This document shows, piece by piece, positions 1 to 10,140 of a stretch of DNA of 64,000 nt (within the stretch, counting starts at the first letter, position 1; the number at the start of each line of letters is the position of its first letter). The DNA is from an uncultured Fibrobacterota bacterium. GTDB lineage: Bacteria; Fibrobacterota; Chitinivibrionia; Chitinivibrionales; FEN-1185. The notes under the pieces were generated by a model. That model was not told the origin of the DNA. It did not search any database and saw nothing but the letters and a program-made list of their open reading frames with translations. A program made the position numbers and the translations under genes. The stretch covers positions 8,972-72,971 of the forward strand of contig CAVWBU010000028.1 of NCBI GenBank assembly GCA_963753345.1, written 5' to 3'.

Positions 1-954
1 CTGGACAAGCGATAATCCGTTCGCTTCGCGCAGATCCGACGCGGTGAGCATGGCATTGCCGAAATCCGCGTTGTCCATTCGTGCGTACCGGAGGTCGGCC
101 CCGCGCAGAAACGCATTTCGCAGCGCGGCGCCGCTCAGATCGCAGTACCGCATCTCGGCGCCGCGCAAGTCGCAGCCCGAAAAGTTCGCTCCCGAAAAAT
201 CGAGACCGTTCAGCCGCATCCCCTTGAAATCGATCCCCGCAAGCGAGCACGACCTGAAGCAGCGGCGCCCGGACTGGAGCGCGGCAAAAAACGTTTTTGC
301 ATCGGTAAAGGCGAAAGTGTCGGCGACGCGCGCACCGGCGTCCGCGGCCGGCGCCGCGGGCCTGGACTGCTCCGCCTTGGTGAACGACGACAACAGCTTT
401 ATCATCGCCTTGTCGTTGTTCCGGGACGCGACCATTTTTGGCGTGACCCCCGTTGCCGACTTTCTCGTCCGGTCGGCGCCGTGCGCAAGGAGGAAGTACG
501 CGGTCGCGCAGTCTCCCCGCATGACCGCCGACATCAGGGGCGAGTTCCCCTGTGAATTGGGGCGGTCGACAGCCACGCCGTGCGCCAGAAGAATATCGGC
601 GACCGGGTAAAGACCCTTGTACAAGGCCCAGTGCAAGGGGTCGAAATTCATGGTATCGGCTATGGATGCATCGGCGCCGTGTTCCAGCAGGACCGTCACC
701 GTTGCGCAATTATCGGCCTGCACCGCGGCAAGAAGCGGCGTGAGACCGTCTGATCGCCGCGTGTTGACGGAAGCGCCTTTTTCGATGCAGAGGGTAAGCT
801 CGGTGACCGGACCGTCCGCCGCCAGTTGAAAGAGCAGGCTGTCGGTTTCTTCCGCCGCATACAGTGTGGAAACAAAAATCGGAATCGCCAGGAGAAGCAC
901 GCGCACGGTTGATATTTCCCTTGTCATTAAATTCGATACACGGTGATTTTTCAT
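1..954 (-). CDS. Secreted ankyrin-repeat + pentapeptide-repeat protein (3'-partial, runs off window start)
   Basis: Manual translation (absent from the ORF track because no stop lies in the window): MKNHRVSNLMTREISTVRVLLLAIPIFVSTLYA (signal-like), ankyrin motifs (GLTPLLAAV..LLEHGADA, DPLHWAL..LLAHGVAV, GNSPLMSAV..LLAHGAD), then pentapeptide repeats (LDFSGANFSGCDLRGAEMRYCDLSGAALRNAFLRGADLRYA). Alternative start at 927. Confidence 0.85.
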   Translation of the reverse strand, partial: MKNHRVSNLMTREISTVRVLLLAIPIFVSTLYAAEETDSLLFQLAADGPVTELTLCIEKGASVNTRRSDGLTPLLAAVQADNCATVTVLLEHGADASIADTMNFDPLHWALYKGLYPVADILLAHGVAVDRPNSQGNSPLMSAVMRGDCATAYFLLAHGADRTRKSATGVTPKMVASRNNDKAMIKLLSSFTKAEQSRPAAPAADAGARVADTFAFTDAKTFFAALQSGRRCFRSCSLAGIDFKGMRLNGLDFSGANFSGCDLRGAEMRYCDLSGAALRNAFLRGADLRYARMDNADFGNAMLTASDLREANGLSLVQ

Positions 955-1061
955 TGGTGCAGTTTGATAAAAATAATGGGAGACGGGTGGAACGAGGAGA
1001 CGTTTTTATTTCAATCCGTAATCCACTTCTGCAAGCCGAAATGAAGAAGGCAAAAATGATA

Positions 1062-1186
1062 ATAAAGATAATCAAGATAATAAAGAGATTGGAAGGGGCT
1101 GGCCGCCCCTTAGACCTGCCAAGGAAAATGCTTGTTGTAACAACCCCCGGCGGCCAAAGCGCCGCCACCCCCTTGGAAAGGGGGAA
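1062..1186 (+). repeat. Palindromic intergenic repeat, family C (related copy at 50800-50895, reverse partial at 31305-31332)
   Basis: Shares ATAATCAAGATA...GGAA(A/G)GGGCT..GCCC(C/T)TTAGA.C....GGAAAATGCTT followed by a CCCC..GGGG hairpin with the 50.8 kb copy. Confidence 0.6.
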
Positions 1187-1209
1187 CTTCGGTACCAATC
1201 TGGTTGCAT

Positions 1210-1258
1210 GTCATTCCCGCGAAAGCATGCCCTCGACCTGATCAGGGGCGGGAATCCA
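1210..1258. repeat. dRS3/RPE-like palindrome (GTCATTCCCGC...GCGGGAATCC) with an internal insertion
   Basis: ATTCCCGC / GCGGGAAT inverted arms flank GAAAGCATGCCCTCGACCTGATCAGGG. The insert resembles CCTGCCCTGAGCTTTGTCGAAGGG at 12504-12527. Confidence 0.55.
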
Positions 1259-1398
1259 CTTCGTTGCCATCTGATCTTACTCGAAGCTTGACCGGGAGGA
1301 GAAATGGACTTGATTTGGGGGGAAAGAAGAGGTAGATTATCGGATGATGAAGTAAAGCTTTGGAGTCTAACACTCATTCGGCCTGCGGGGCCAAAACT

Positions 1399-2307
1399 AT
1401 GGCTAGAAATCCGAGATTCATTCTGATGCTTGTTGTCGTCGCCATTTGCATTGGATTTGACTCTCTTCTGGCTGCCCCAATACCACCCGAAGTCAAATCC
1501 GTGGTAGTTTTTGTTTTTGTACCGGGAAACAAACCCGATCAATACATGCCCTACGGTACGGCTTTCTTCGTAGGAGTCAAGAGCCCAAAATCACCTGACC
1601 GATCTTTTGTTTACTTGGTCACTGCCAAGCATGTCCTCCAAACCCCAGACCAGAAATCCTGGCTTCCGAACATCTTGCTGAGACTGAATACCAAAACGGG
1701 TGATTCAGAAATACTCAAAGTTCCCGTGACTTTGTCCGGAACCGATAAAACCGTATTTTTTCATCCAGATTCTAGTGTAGATATCGCCGTAATTCCGGCT
1801 CTTCCAGATGAGAAGAAGTTCGACTTCAAGATTCTTCCTGAAGAAATGATTACCACCGAGAAGGATTTTAAAGATCTCAAAATCACTGAAGGATCTGAAG
1901 TGTTTTTTACAGGTTTATTCTCGGGCTACCTTGGCGCACGCAAAAACTATCCAATAGTTCGTTTCGGTAGGGTCTCGCTTGTTACTGATGAAAAGATCAG
2001 GTTTGCAAATCAAGATGCGCAACTTTACCTGATCGAGTCCGGATCATACGGTGGGAACAGTGGTTCGCCGGTATTTTTTTACTTTGGTTCCGATCGGACT
2101 CCAGGAATGCTTGTCGTTGGTCCCCCGGTGCTAAAGTTGGCAGGCGTCATGAAGGGCTGTTTTCAGGATTGTCAGCCCGTGACTGAAATCGAAACTTCAA
2201 AAGCCTCTATTGCGCAATCGAATATGGGTGTTGCAGCGGTTGTGCCAGCATTCAAGTTGCATGAGCTCCTCTTTGGACCGGAGCTCGCAAAACAGCGTGG
2301 GCAATGA
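1399..2307 (+). CDS. Secreted trypsin-like (S1) serine protease
   Basis: Signal peptide and the catalytic triad motifs VTAKHV (His), DIAVI (Asp), GGNSGSP (Ser). ATG at 1399 preferred over TTG at 1360. Confidence 0.85.
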   Translation: MARNPRFILMLVVVAICIGFDSLLAAPIPPEVKSVVVFVFVPGNKPDQYMPYGTAFFVGVKSPKSPDRSFVYLVTAKHVLQTPDQKSWLPNILLRLNTKTGDSEILKVPVTLSGTDKTVFFHPDSSVDIAVIPALPDEKKFDFKILPEEMITTEKDFKDLKITEGSEVFFTGLFSGYLGARKNYPIVRFGRVSLVTDEKIRFANQDAQLYLIESGSYGGNSGSPVFFYFGSDRTPGMLVVGPPVLKLAGVMKGCFQDCQPVTEIETSKASIAQSNMGVAAVVPAFKLHELLFGPELAKQRGQ

Positions 2308-2616
2308 CGACCTGCGACCTGACCCTTGCATACGCGTAGCCAGCGCTGGGCATTCTCTCAGAACTCTTCTCAGAAAATCTATGTAGCAATCTGCCCGGAT
2401 CTCACAGATCACAAATAAGTAATTCCTGTTTGTGCGAACTCCTTTCCCGAAACTGAGAATCATCCCTCCTTTCCATCCGGCCCTTACCTCTTGTCATCAG
2501 GTCATTTCTTAAATTGAAAAAGTCTGGTATTGTTATTGCATACTATTCAATCAAAAGCATTTCGCCTGACAAATTTCTCATAAACCGCATTCTATAATGG
2601 AAAGCCGAGAGCTTCC

Positions 2617-4305
2617 ATGACGGCAAGGAAGGGCATTACAAAGCTGAGCGCGCTGCTGGGCGCAACAGCCCTTCTTTCGACATCGGTAATTTTTGCGGAT
2701 GTCAAACCCGTATCGCTCACCGGTGCGTTCAATGCGACCGGCGGGCTCTACGCTTCAAACGGCATCGCGCACAGGCAGGACCCCGCGTACTACCGGCTGG
2801 CCCTCTCGCCGACTCTCTCGATTTACGATCAGGTGTCCCTCCCCTTCGAGCTCTATCTGTCAAGCACCGGCGGCGGCTACCGGCAGCCGTTCGACCAGTT
2901 CGGCGTGAACCCGAATATCGGAAACTGGCTGACCCTGCACGGGGGATATTTCAGCACCCAGTTGACCGATCTGAGTTTCGGCGATACGCGGCTTTTGGGC
3001 GGCGGCATCGATCTTCATCCGTCGATATTCCGGCTCGTTCTTCTCTACGGCCGAAGCGAGAAGGCGCAGCAGGCCGACACCGTTGCGGGACTTCACGGCG
3101 TGTATGACCGCTGGGTCGCCGCGGGCATGGTGAGCGTGGGGAAGGCGAACGGCAACTTTATCGGCCTTACGGTGCTCCGGGCCGCCGACGACTCCGCTTC
3201 CCTTCGCGGCAAGAACAACCCCACCGCTTCCGATTCCACCCTCATGCAGTATTACAACGGTCCAAAAGAAAACCTTGTGGGGTCGCTGTCGTGGGGCCTC
3301 TCAATTGTAAAGAACGTGCTTTCATGGCACGGTGAGATTGCGGGATCGGCATTTACCAACGACGCGACCGATTCGGTATCGCTCCGCAACGTCGTCCCGT
3401 CGTGGATATATGGCATCTATACGCCCCGGTTTTCGTCGCAGTACGACCTTGCGGGGAAAACATCGATCATGTTGGTTCCTGCAAAGCAATTTCAGATCGG
3501 GCTTAACGGCAAATGGGTTGGACCGGGATACATGACGCTCGGATACACGGGGATGCCCAACGACATGTTCGACGTGACCCTTACTCCGGCGCTGCGGCTG
3601 TTTCAGAGCAAATACCAGATCCGTTCCAGCATCGGGGTCCGGTTCAATAATCTGTACGGTTCGCGCATAGCCACCACCGACCGCACGATTTTTTCGATCA
3701 CGGGCGTCGCCCAGCCAACCAACGCATTCGGCTTCGACGTGCAGTACAGCAATTATGGAAACAAATCCAATGCCCGTAACGACACCCTGCGCATTTCGAA
3801 CGTGGCGCAATCGTTTACGGCCACGCCCCACCTGTCCTTTACGTCGTGGGGCGCCGCCCAGGTCGTCACGGCAAATTACGCGTATCAGGACTTTACCGAC
3901 CAAAACGTGGTAACGTCGGGACTCGACAAATACACGGTGAGTTCGGGCATGGCGCTGTGGAGCCTCACCTGGCCTTCCACGTTTTCGCTTTCGACAAACG
4001 CGAACGTGGTGAATACTGTTACGCCGCTCCTTGCCACGACCATTGCCGGCATTACCGCCGCGGTCTCCCGCTCGTTCCTCGTCAAGAACGCGCTGACCGC
4101 GGGCGTCAATCTCGGGTACAATCTTGTAATGAATTATAAAACCGACGGCCAGTTCACCGCCGGCGTCAATGGTTCGTACTCGTTCGGCCGGTTCGGAACA
4201 TTTTCGCTGCTGTTGTCGAGCAACCGCTATGACTACGGCGAGGCCGGGTCGGTACCTTCGTTTCAGGAGTACCAGGGGACCCTGCAATACACGCTTTCGT
4301 TCTGA
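2617..4305 (+). CDS. Outer-membrane beta-barrel protein, first gene of the TANFOR-like operon
   Basis: Signal peptide, amphipathic beta-strands throughout, C-terminal BAM-type motif LQYTLSF. Ends 11 bp before the next gene. Confidence 0.75.
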   Translation: MTARKGITKLSALLGATALLSTSVIFADVKPVSLTGAFNATGGLYASNGIAHRQDPAYYRLALSPTLSIYDQVSLPFELYLSSTGGGYRQPFDQFGVNPNIGNWLTLHGGYFSTQLTDLSFGDTRLLGGGIDLHPSIFRLVLLYGRSEKAQQADTVAGLHGVYDRWVAAGMVSVGKANGNFIGLTVLRAADDSASLRGKNNPTASDSTLMQYYNGPKENLVGSLSWGLSIVKNVLSWHGEIAGSAFTNDATDSVSLRNVVPSWIYGIYTPRFSSQYDLAGKTSIMLVPAKQFQIGLNGKWVGPGYMTLGYTGMPNDMFDVTLTPALRLFQSKYQIRSSIGVRFNNLYGSRIATTDRTIFSITGVAQPTNAFGFDVQYSNYGNKSNARNDTLRISNVAQSFTATPHLSFTSWGAAQVVTANYAYQDFTDQNVVTSGLDKYTVSSGMALWSLTWPSTFSLSTNANVVNTVTPLLATTIAGITAAVSRSFLVKNALTAGVNLGYNLVMNYKTDGQFTAGVNGSYSFGRFGTFSLLLSSNRYDYGEAGSVPSFQEYQGTLQYTLSF

Positions 4306-4316
4306 GAAAGGCTGTT

Positions 4317-7300
4317 ATGAAACGCAACATGGCTTTAAGAACCATCGCCAGCACGCTTTGTGCAGTCGCCGTGTTCAGCACAACATCCTGGGGCCTGGTA
4401 AACGTGACGCTTATCATCCGTCAACCGGCGCCGCCCTTGCTTTCCACATGGGAACACGACAAGACGGTCGTGCAGATGGTGATAAGCAACGTAAGCACGA
4501 CATCGTATGTGAACGCGCACGTGTCGTTCACGATACGCGACGTCAACAAAGACAAGATCGTGGTCCATTCGCTCGACAACAACCCGGCCATTCCCCGTTT
4601 TATTCTTGCCGCGGGAGGCACGAGCACCCGGTTCGCGCCTGATCTTATCGCGCAGTCGGCCCTTTCCATCGATCCGTCGCTCAACGCCTCCCTGCTCACC
4701 AGCAACAGTTTTCCCGAGGGCGATTACGAATTCTGCGTGGGCCTGCTTGACAACAAGGGGGACACTATCGCCACTACCGGCGTATTGTGCAAAATGTTTA
4801 CCATAACCATTCCCGACCCGCCCACCCTGGTAGTCCCGGCCGACAAAGACTCGATAACCTCGACGGTGCCGCCCACCTTCACGTGGACCCCTGTTTCTCT
4901 TTTGGGCCAGATTCCGAATTACAAGCTCGTTATCGCCCCGATATTCAACACCCAGTCGGCCGCCGACGCAATCACGATCAACACGGCGCTGGTGAAAAAG
5001 ACCATCCAGACATCGTCGTATTTCTACGAACTGTCGAACCCGGCGTTTACAAGCTCCGTAGGCGCCGTCGGGTTCGCGTGGCAGGTGACCGCGGTTGACA
5101 ATAACGGAATTCCCTGCGCGCGCAACGGGGGCGCAAGCGAGGTATTCTCCTTTTACTTTGCGGTCCCGGCCAAAACGGACACTACAAAAGACACCTCGAA
5201 GGCCGCGTCGGACACCTCCAAAGCGGCGGCCGACACCACCCCCGGCGCGTGCATCGCCAGTTGCACTGCGGCAGCGCCCTCGTCGTCGGTGGCCTCATCG
5301 AAGACGTTCGCGGCCAACGATACGCTCCATATCGGGCTTTTTACCCTCACGATCACCAGCTTGACATCCGCAACAGGCGCATCGCTTTCCGGCGAAGGCA
5401 CGATAAAAGTCCCGTTCCTTCATGCGCCGATCATGGTCAAGTTTACCGGCCTCAAGGCGAACGACGCGAAGCAGGTTTTCGACGGGACCGTGAGCGGCAA
5501 GACGGACCCCGGCTCACCCATCGTGGATGCAGTAGCGAACGCCACGGGGACTCTCGGGTTGACAAGCAGCGACGTCAAGTCGATCACCGACTACGCCAAG
5601 CAGCCGGGAAAACTGGTGAGCGCGCTCATAGGCTCCACGCCCGTCGGATTGCCCATCGGCCTTGACAATTACATAGACGGTGTCAACATGACCGTGGCGA
5701 TCATGGGGCTCAATTTCACCCCCACCAAGGCCACGCTCAATGCAGTGGCTCAGTTTCCCATGCCCGACCTCGGGCCCGGCGTGGGCATCGGCGTGGGCGC
5801 GCGGGACATCTGTTTCCATCCCCAGGGACTGGCCGCCGGGGCGGGCTCGCTTTTCCTTTCCCAGGACCTTGGATACAACCGTCCCGGGTCGTTCGGCTTT
5901 GTCTTTCGCGCTCCGACAAACAGCGATTCCGGCACGTATCTGAGCTGGGACTGCCGGGGGTTCCAGTTTCTCCACCTGAAAGCCGATGCGGTTTTCCCGC
6001 GCGAATGGCTCCTGCCTTCTCCGGACAACGGCGACACGGTGAAGGCGACGTTCACGGCCGACATCCGGAAGAGCGGCGACTGGCTTGCTTCGGCGTCCCT
6101 TCCCGCTTGTGAAATAAGCGGCACCAACGGTATGAAACTCGGCGCGACCACAATGACCTACGATCACTCCGACGTTAAGAACCCGACCGGCATTACGTTC
6201 CCGACCGGGTATGCAACCACGACGCCCGGGCCGGATTGGCACGGGTTTTATATCAACAGCGTATCGATCACGCTTCCCGCCGATCTCAAGACCTTCGATG
6301 CGTCTGCGCCGACCATTACCGCGACCAACCTGATCATCGACGACCAGGGGTTCAGCGCCGCCATCTTGGGCAGCAACATCATCCATTACCCCAACGGCAA
6401 TTTCGGCCAATGGGGGGCAAGCCTGGATTCGGTGGGCGTGGTTTTTGTCAAGAGCTCGCTCACCCATGGCGAGCTTGACGGACGGATACAGATACCCATC
6501 AGCGACAGCTGTTTTGTCTACCAGGCCCTGCTCAACCAGGTCCCGGACTCCGGCATGTCGTTTCAGTTCACCATCACGCCGAAATCCGACATTCCGGCAA
6601 GCATCTGGGCGGCCACCTTGACAATCGACCATACCTCCATGATCTCCCTCACCAAGGGACCATCGAGCGGGTTCAAGGCCCAGGCGACGCTCAACGGGAA
6701 AATATCGATACACGGCAACGTGGGCGGCGTGAACAACATGAATTTCGACCTTATGGAATTCACGGGCCTGGGGGTGGGCACCGACACGCCCTACGTCTCC
6801 ATCGGCCACTGGTCGTTTGCGAGCCCGGACCACGGGGTGATGGGCTTCCCGGTTTCCATTACCAACATCGGCCTCGCCACAGGCACGCGCGGCGGCGGAG
6901 GGTTCGGCGTGGGCCTGGCCATGAACTTCGCGGTGAACCTGTCCGATGCGCTGAGCGGCAACGCGGGGCTCACCGTGTGGGGAAAGCTCTCCATGAGCGG
7001 CGCGCAGCATTTCTCGTTCGACGGCGTCGATCTCGATTCCATCGGGCTGCACGCCGACATGGGCGCGGTTGACGTGACGGGAACCATCTCGTTTTACCAT
7101 AACGACGCGACCTACGGCGACGGGTTCCGCGGGGCGATAGACGCGAAATTCCTCAAAAGCCTCGAGGTGAAAGCCACCGCGCAGTTCGGATCGGTGAGCG
7201 GCTACCGCTATTGGTATGTCGACGCGGCGGCGATCTTCCCCGACCCCGGCATCATCATGTCGCCCGGGCTTGCGTTCTTCGGGTTCGGCGGCGGCGCATG

Positions 7301-10130
7301 GTATCACATGAAGAAATCGTCCAACGAACTTCCCCCGCCCAAGGCCAACAGCACCGCCGCGCCTAGTCCCGGCGCCACGGCATCGGGGTTCACCTTTACG
7401 CCCGACCAGACCATCGCGCTCGGTTTGCATGCGTCAATCACCATCGCGGCCACGCCCGAGAACTCCGCGTTCAACGGCGACGTTGCGCTCGACATGCAAT
7501 TTACCAACAGCGGTATCGGCGAGATGACCCTGTCGGGCAAGGCCTGGATGATGACCGACCTGGCCACCCGCAGCAATACGATCACCGCGGGCGTGATGAT
7601 CGACTACAATTTCTCGACCTCCACGTTCCACGGCGTGTTCAATTACACGGTGGACTTCAGCCCCATCATATCGAGTCACGGCCAGATGGTCGCGCACGCG
7701 GACCCGAGCGTGTGGTACTTCACCGTGGGCACCCCCAACGAGCCCATCACCGCCCAGCTCCTGAGTCTTGTCGAAGTGAAGTCGTATTTCATGACCGGCA
7801 GCAGCATCCCGTCGCCGCCTGATCTTCCCGACTATATCAAAAGTAAATTCCCAAGTTTTGCAATCGCGCGCAGCCCGTTTATCAGCACCGGCGGCGGTTT
7901 TGCATTCGGCGTGAGCGCCGGGTTCCACACCGGGAAGGTCACGTTCCTCATTTTCTACGGTCAAATCGACGCGCAGATGGGGTTCGATATCTCGCTCTTG
8001 GACGTGGGCACCAAACAAATCTGCAACAACGTGAACGGCACGGTGGGAATCAACGGCTGGTATGCATCGGGAGACATCTATGCCTACCTTGCCGCCTCGA
8101 TCGGCCTTCACGTGGACGTCTGGTTTACATCCGGCGATTTCGAAATACTCGGCGTGTCCGCTGCCGCGGCACTGGTGGGCGGGGGGCCTAATCCCACGTG
8201 GCTCAAGGGCGGGGTTGATGGAAGCTACGACATCCTCGACGGCCTTATCAGCGGAAACTGCCACTTTGAATTCACGCTGGGCAACGTGTGCATCCCCGAT
8301 CCCGGGACGCCGTTCGACAAAATAGGCCTTATTTCCGCGGTGCAACCGGGCGGCGGGAACGGCGTCGATGTTTTCGTGCAGCCGCAGGCGGCGTTCAACT
8401 TTGCAATCGGCCAGAACATTGAGATCAAGGAAGTGGGCGACGACGGCACGACGATCATCCGGACGTTCCGCGCGTCCCTCACCGATTTCTCCATGGCGCA
8501 AGGCGGCCGCGGCGTTCCGGCAACCTACGGCGTTTCCGCGGACGGCACGCAGGCGACCCTCACTCCGCAGGAGTGCCTGGCTCCGCGCGCGCAACACGCG
8601 GTCCATGTGGCTGCCGCGGGCGAGGAATTCAAGAACAACGCATGGGGACCGGCCAAGAAGCCCGACGGCACATCGGCGGTCCAAGACACCACGGTCACCT
8701 TTACAACAGGGGACCGTCCAGACAAGATCGACTCCAGCAACGTGATGTACAGTTATCCTTTCACCCGTCAACGGTTCTTCTTGCAGAATGAGAACCACAA
8801 CGGACGCGTGGCGCTCAGAATCGGGCAGCAGTATCTGTTCGCGCCGCGAACAGGTTATGAGGTGAGCTTTACCGCGCGGTTCGTCCCGCTTCTCGGCGGC
8901 GGCGCGGAGGTGGAGACCCCGCTCGGTTTCGACGACAAGAGCGTCACCTTCAGCGTTCCGCCGCTTGACAAAGAAAAAGTCTACGCGCTCCAGATCGTCC
9001 GCAAGGAGAAGAGCGACTCCCGTTTCCAGATGATGTCGAGCAGCGTTCTCTCGTCAGCGGTGACCTCGCAAATGGCCACCAAGACCAGAACGTTCATGAA
9101 TGCTTCGCTCACAAGCGCGGTCCAGGTGAACATCAAGAAACGTGAGCTCCCTGGCGTGCAGGTCCGCCAGGGCGAAAAGCTCCTCTACGTGTACTATTTC
9201 CGGACGAGCAAGTACGGGACGTTGCAGGAAAAAATAGCTTCGCTCCAGCAGCTTGGCGTGGAAAACCGCCCGACTTCCGACGGCCGGGTCGTGCGTGTCA
9301 ATTACAATTCCGGCGAAGGATGGGACGGCTGGGACGTGGGCGACCACTCCTACGACGCCGGCAGCGGCTCTACGGGATACCAGCATGCCTTGCTTTCGCT
9401 CGAGGCCTACGCAATGGAAAGCCCATGGCACAAGAAGTTCGTCAACCCCTGGGTGTACGACGCGGTCACCACGCTGCAGGGCATGGGCGTGTGGGACGGC
9501 AGCCAGACGGCCTTGTCAAAAGCTATTTTCAACACGGATTTGCCCCTGGCGCAGCTTGACGTTGTTGCGCAGCCGCCGCTCAGGGACGATGAGCTTGTGC
9601 CGCCCATGAAATGGGCGGCAAGCTTTGCCGCGCTCGGCATTCACGGGCTTGTCGGGGCCGGCGCGCTGTCGACCGGGAGCGCATCGGCGCCCATGGCGGC
9701 AAGCCACCTCTACAGCATGTCCATGGCCTCGGCCCCTGCCGTATCGAGCCGCCTTTCCGGGGGCTTTGCAACCATGACCGTTGCGCCGGCGCTTCAGGCG
9801 CCCACGGGCGATTTTCACGTGCTGTACAATCACGACGTGATCGCATCACGGGACTTTTCGCTGGTGAAGCGGAACATCGCAGAGGGAATGGCGAACTTCT
9901 GGACCGCCGTGACCATGGTGTCGAACATGGGCTGGGTGAATACCGAAGTCGCAAAACCGTACGAGACCATATATCCGAAGGACAGCTACAAAATGGAATT
10001 CGCGTACAATTATCCAGAAGACAACTGGATATTCGGCACGAAGCTGCCGGTGACATTTACAAATGGTACTCCAGTTGCGCCGCAGCCCGTCAAAGGGACC
10101 GGTTCAATATTTCATATTCCCCTAAAGTGA
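4317..10130 (+). CDS. Giant secreted protein (1937 aa) with an N-terminal TANFOR-like domain, a long beta-rich core and Ig-like domains
   Basis: Signal peptide. VNVTLIIRQPAPP..FPEGDYEFCVGLLD..C..DPPTLVVP..FTWTP resembles TANFOR plus an FN3-like domain as I recall them (not searched). Thr/Asp/Ala linker, ~1000-aa Gly-rich beta region (FFGFGGGAWYHM), C-terminal YYFRTSKY motif. Confidence 0.7.
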   Translation: MKRNMALRTIASTLCAVAVFSTTSWGLVNVTLIIRQPAPPLLSTWEHDKTVVQMVISNVSTTSYVNAHVSFTIRDVNKDKIVVHSLDNNPAIPRFILAAGGTSTRFAPDLIAQSALSIDPSLNASLLTSNSFPEGDYEFCVGLLDNKGDTIATTGVLCKMFTITIPDPPTLVVPADKDSITSTVPPTFTWTPVSLLGQIPNYKLVIAPIFNTQSAADAITINTALVKKTIQTSSYFYELSNPAFTSSVGAVGFAWQVTAVDNNGIPCARNGGASEVFSFYFAVPAKTDTTKDTSKAASDTSKAAADTTPGACIASCTAAAPSSSVASSKTFAANDTLHIGLFTLTITSLTSATGASLSGEGTIKVPFLHAPIMVKFTGLKANDAKQVFDGTVSGKTDPGSPIVDAVANATGTLGLTSSDVKSITDYAKQPGKLVSALIGSTPVGLPIGLDNYIDGVNMTVAIMGLNFTPTKATLNAVAQFPMPDLGPGVGIGVGARDICFHPQGLAAGAGSLFLSQDLGYNRPGSFGFVFRAPTNSDSGTYLSWDCRGFQFLHLKADAVFPREWLLPSPDNGDTVKATFTADIRKSGDWLASASLPACEISGTNGMKLGATTMTYDHSDVKNPTGITFPTGYATTTPGPDWHGFYINSVSITLPADLKTFDASAPTITATNLIIDDQGFSAAILGSNIIHYPNGNFGQWGASLDSVGVVFVKSSLTHGELDGRIQIPISDSCFVYQALLNQVPDSGMSFQFTITPKSDIPASIWAATLTIDHTSMISLTKGPSSGFKAQATLNGKISIHGNVGGVNNMNFDLMEFTGLGVGTDTPYVSIGHWSFASPDHGVMGFPVSITNIGLATGTRGGGGFGVGLAMNFAVNLSDALSGNAGLTVWGKLSMSGAQHFSFDGVDLDSIGLHADMGAVDVTGTISFYHNDATYGDGFRGAIDAKFLKSLEVKATAQFGSVSGYRYWYVDAAAIFPDPGIIMSPGLAFFGFGGGAWYHMKKSSNELPPPKANSTAAPSPGATASGFTFTPDQTIALGLHASITIAATPENSAFNGDVALDMQFTNSGIGEMTLSGKAWMMTDLATRSNTITAGVMIDYNFSTSTFHGVFNYTVDFSPIISSHGQMVAHADPSVWYFTVGTPNEPITAQLLSLVEVKSYFMTGSSIPSPPDLPDYIKSKFPSFAIARSPFISTGGGFAFGVSAGFHTGKVTFLIFYGQIDAQMGFDISLLDVGTKQICNNVNGTVGINGWYASGDIYAYLAASIGLHVDVWFTSGDFEILGVSAAAALVGGGPNPTWLKGGVDGSYDILDGLISGNCHFEFTLGNVCIPDPGTPFDKIGLISAVQPGGGNGVDVFVQPQAAFNFAIGQNIEIKEVGDDGTTIIRTFRASLTDFSMAQGGRGVPATYGVSADGTQATLTPQECLAPRAQHAVHVAAAGEEFKNNAWGPAKKPDGTSAVQDTTVTFTTGDRPDKIDSSNVMYSYPFTRQRFFLQNENHNGRVALRIGQQYLFAPRTGYEVSFTARFVPLLGGGAEVETPLGFDDKSVTFSVPPLDKEKVYALQIVRKEKSDSRFQMMSSSVLSSAVTSQMATKTRTFMNASLTSAVQVNIKKRELPGVQVRQGEKLLYVYYFRTSKYGTLQEKIASLQQLGVENRPTSDGRVVRVNYNSGEGWDGWDVGDHSYDAGSGSTGYQHALLSLEAYAMESPWHKKFVNPWVYDAVTTLQGMGVWDGSQTALSKAIFNTDLPLAQLDVVAQPPLRDDELVPPMKWAASFAALGIHGLVGAGALSTGSASAPMAASHLYSMSMASAPAVSSRLSGGFATMTVAPALQAPTGDFHVLYNHDVIASRDFSLVKRNIAEGMANFWTAVTMVSNMGWVNTEVAKPYETIYPKDSYKMEFAYNYPEDNWIFGTKLPVTFTNGTPVAPQPVKGTGSIFHIPLK

Positions 10131-10140
10131 CGAGGTGTCC

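Noticed and set aside
5514-8798. Long minus-strand ORFs (638 and 454 aa)
   Set aside because: Antisense shadows of the GC3-rich 1937-aa gene with no motifs.
9300-10130. C-terminal toxin domain on the TANFOR-like protein
   Set aside because: No nuclease, deaminase or peptidase motif recognised, and no immunity-sized ORF follows.
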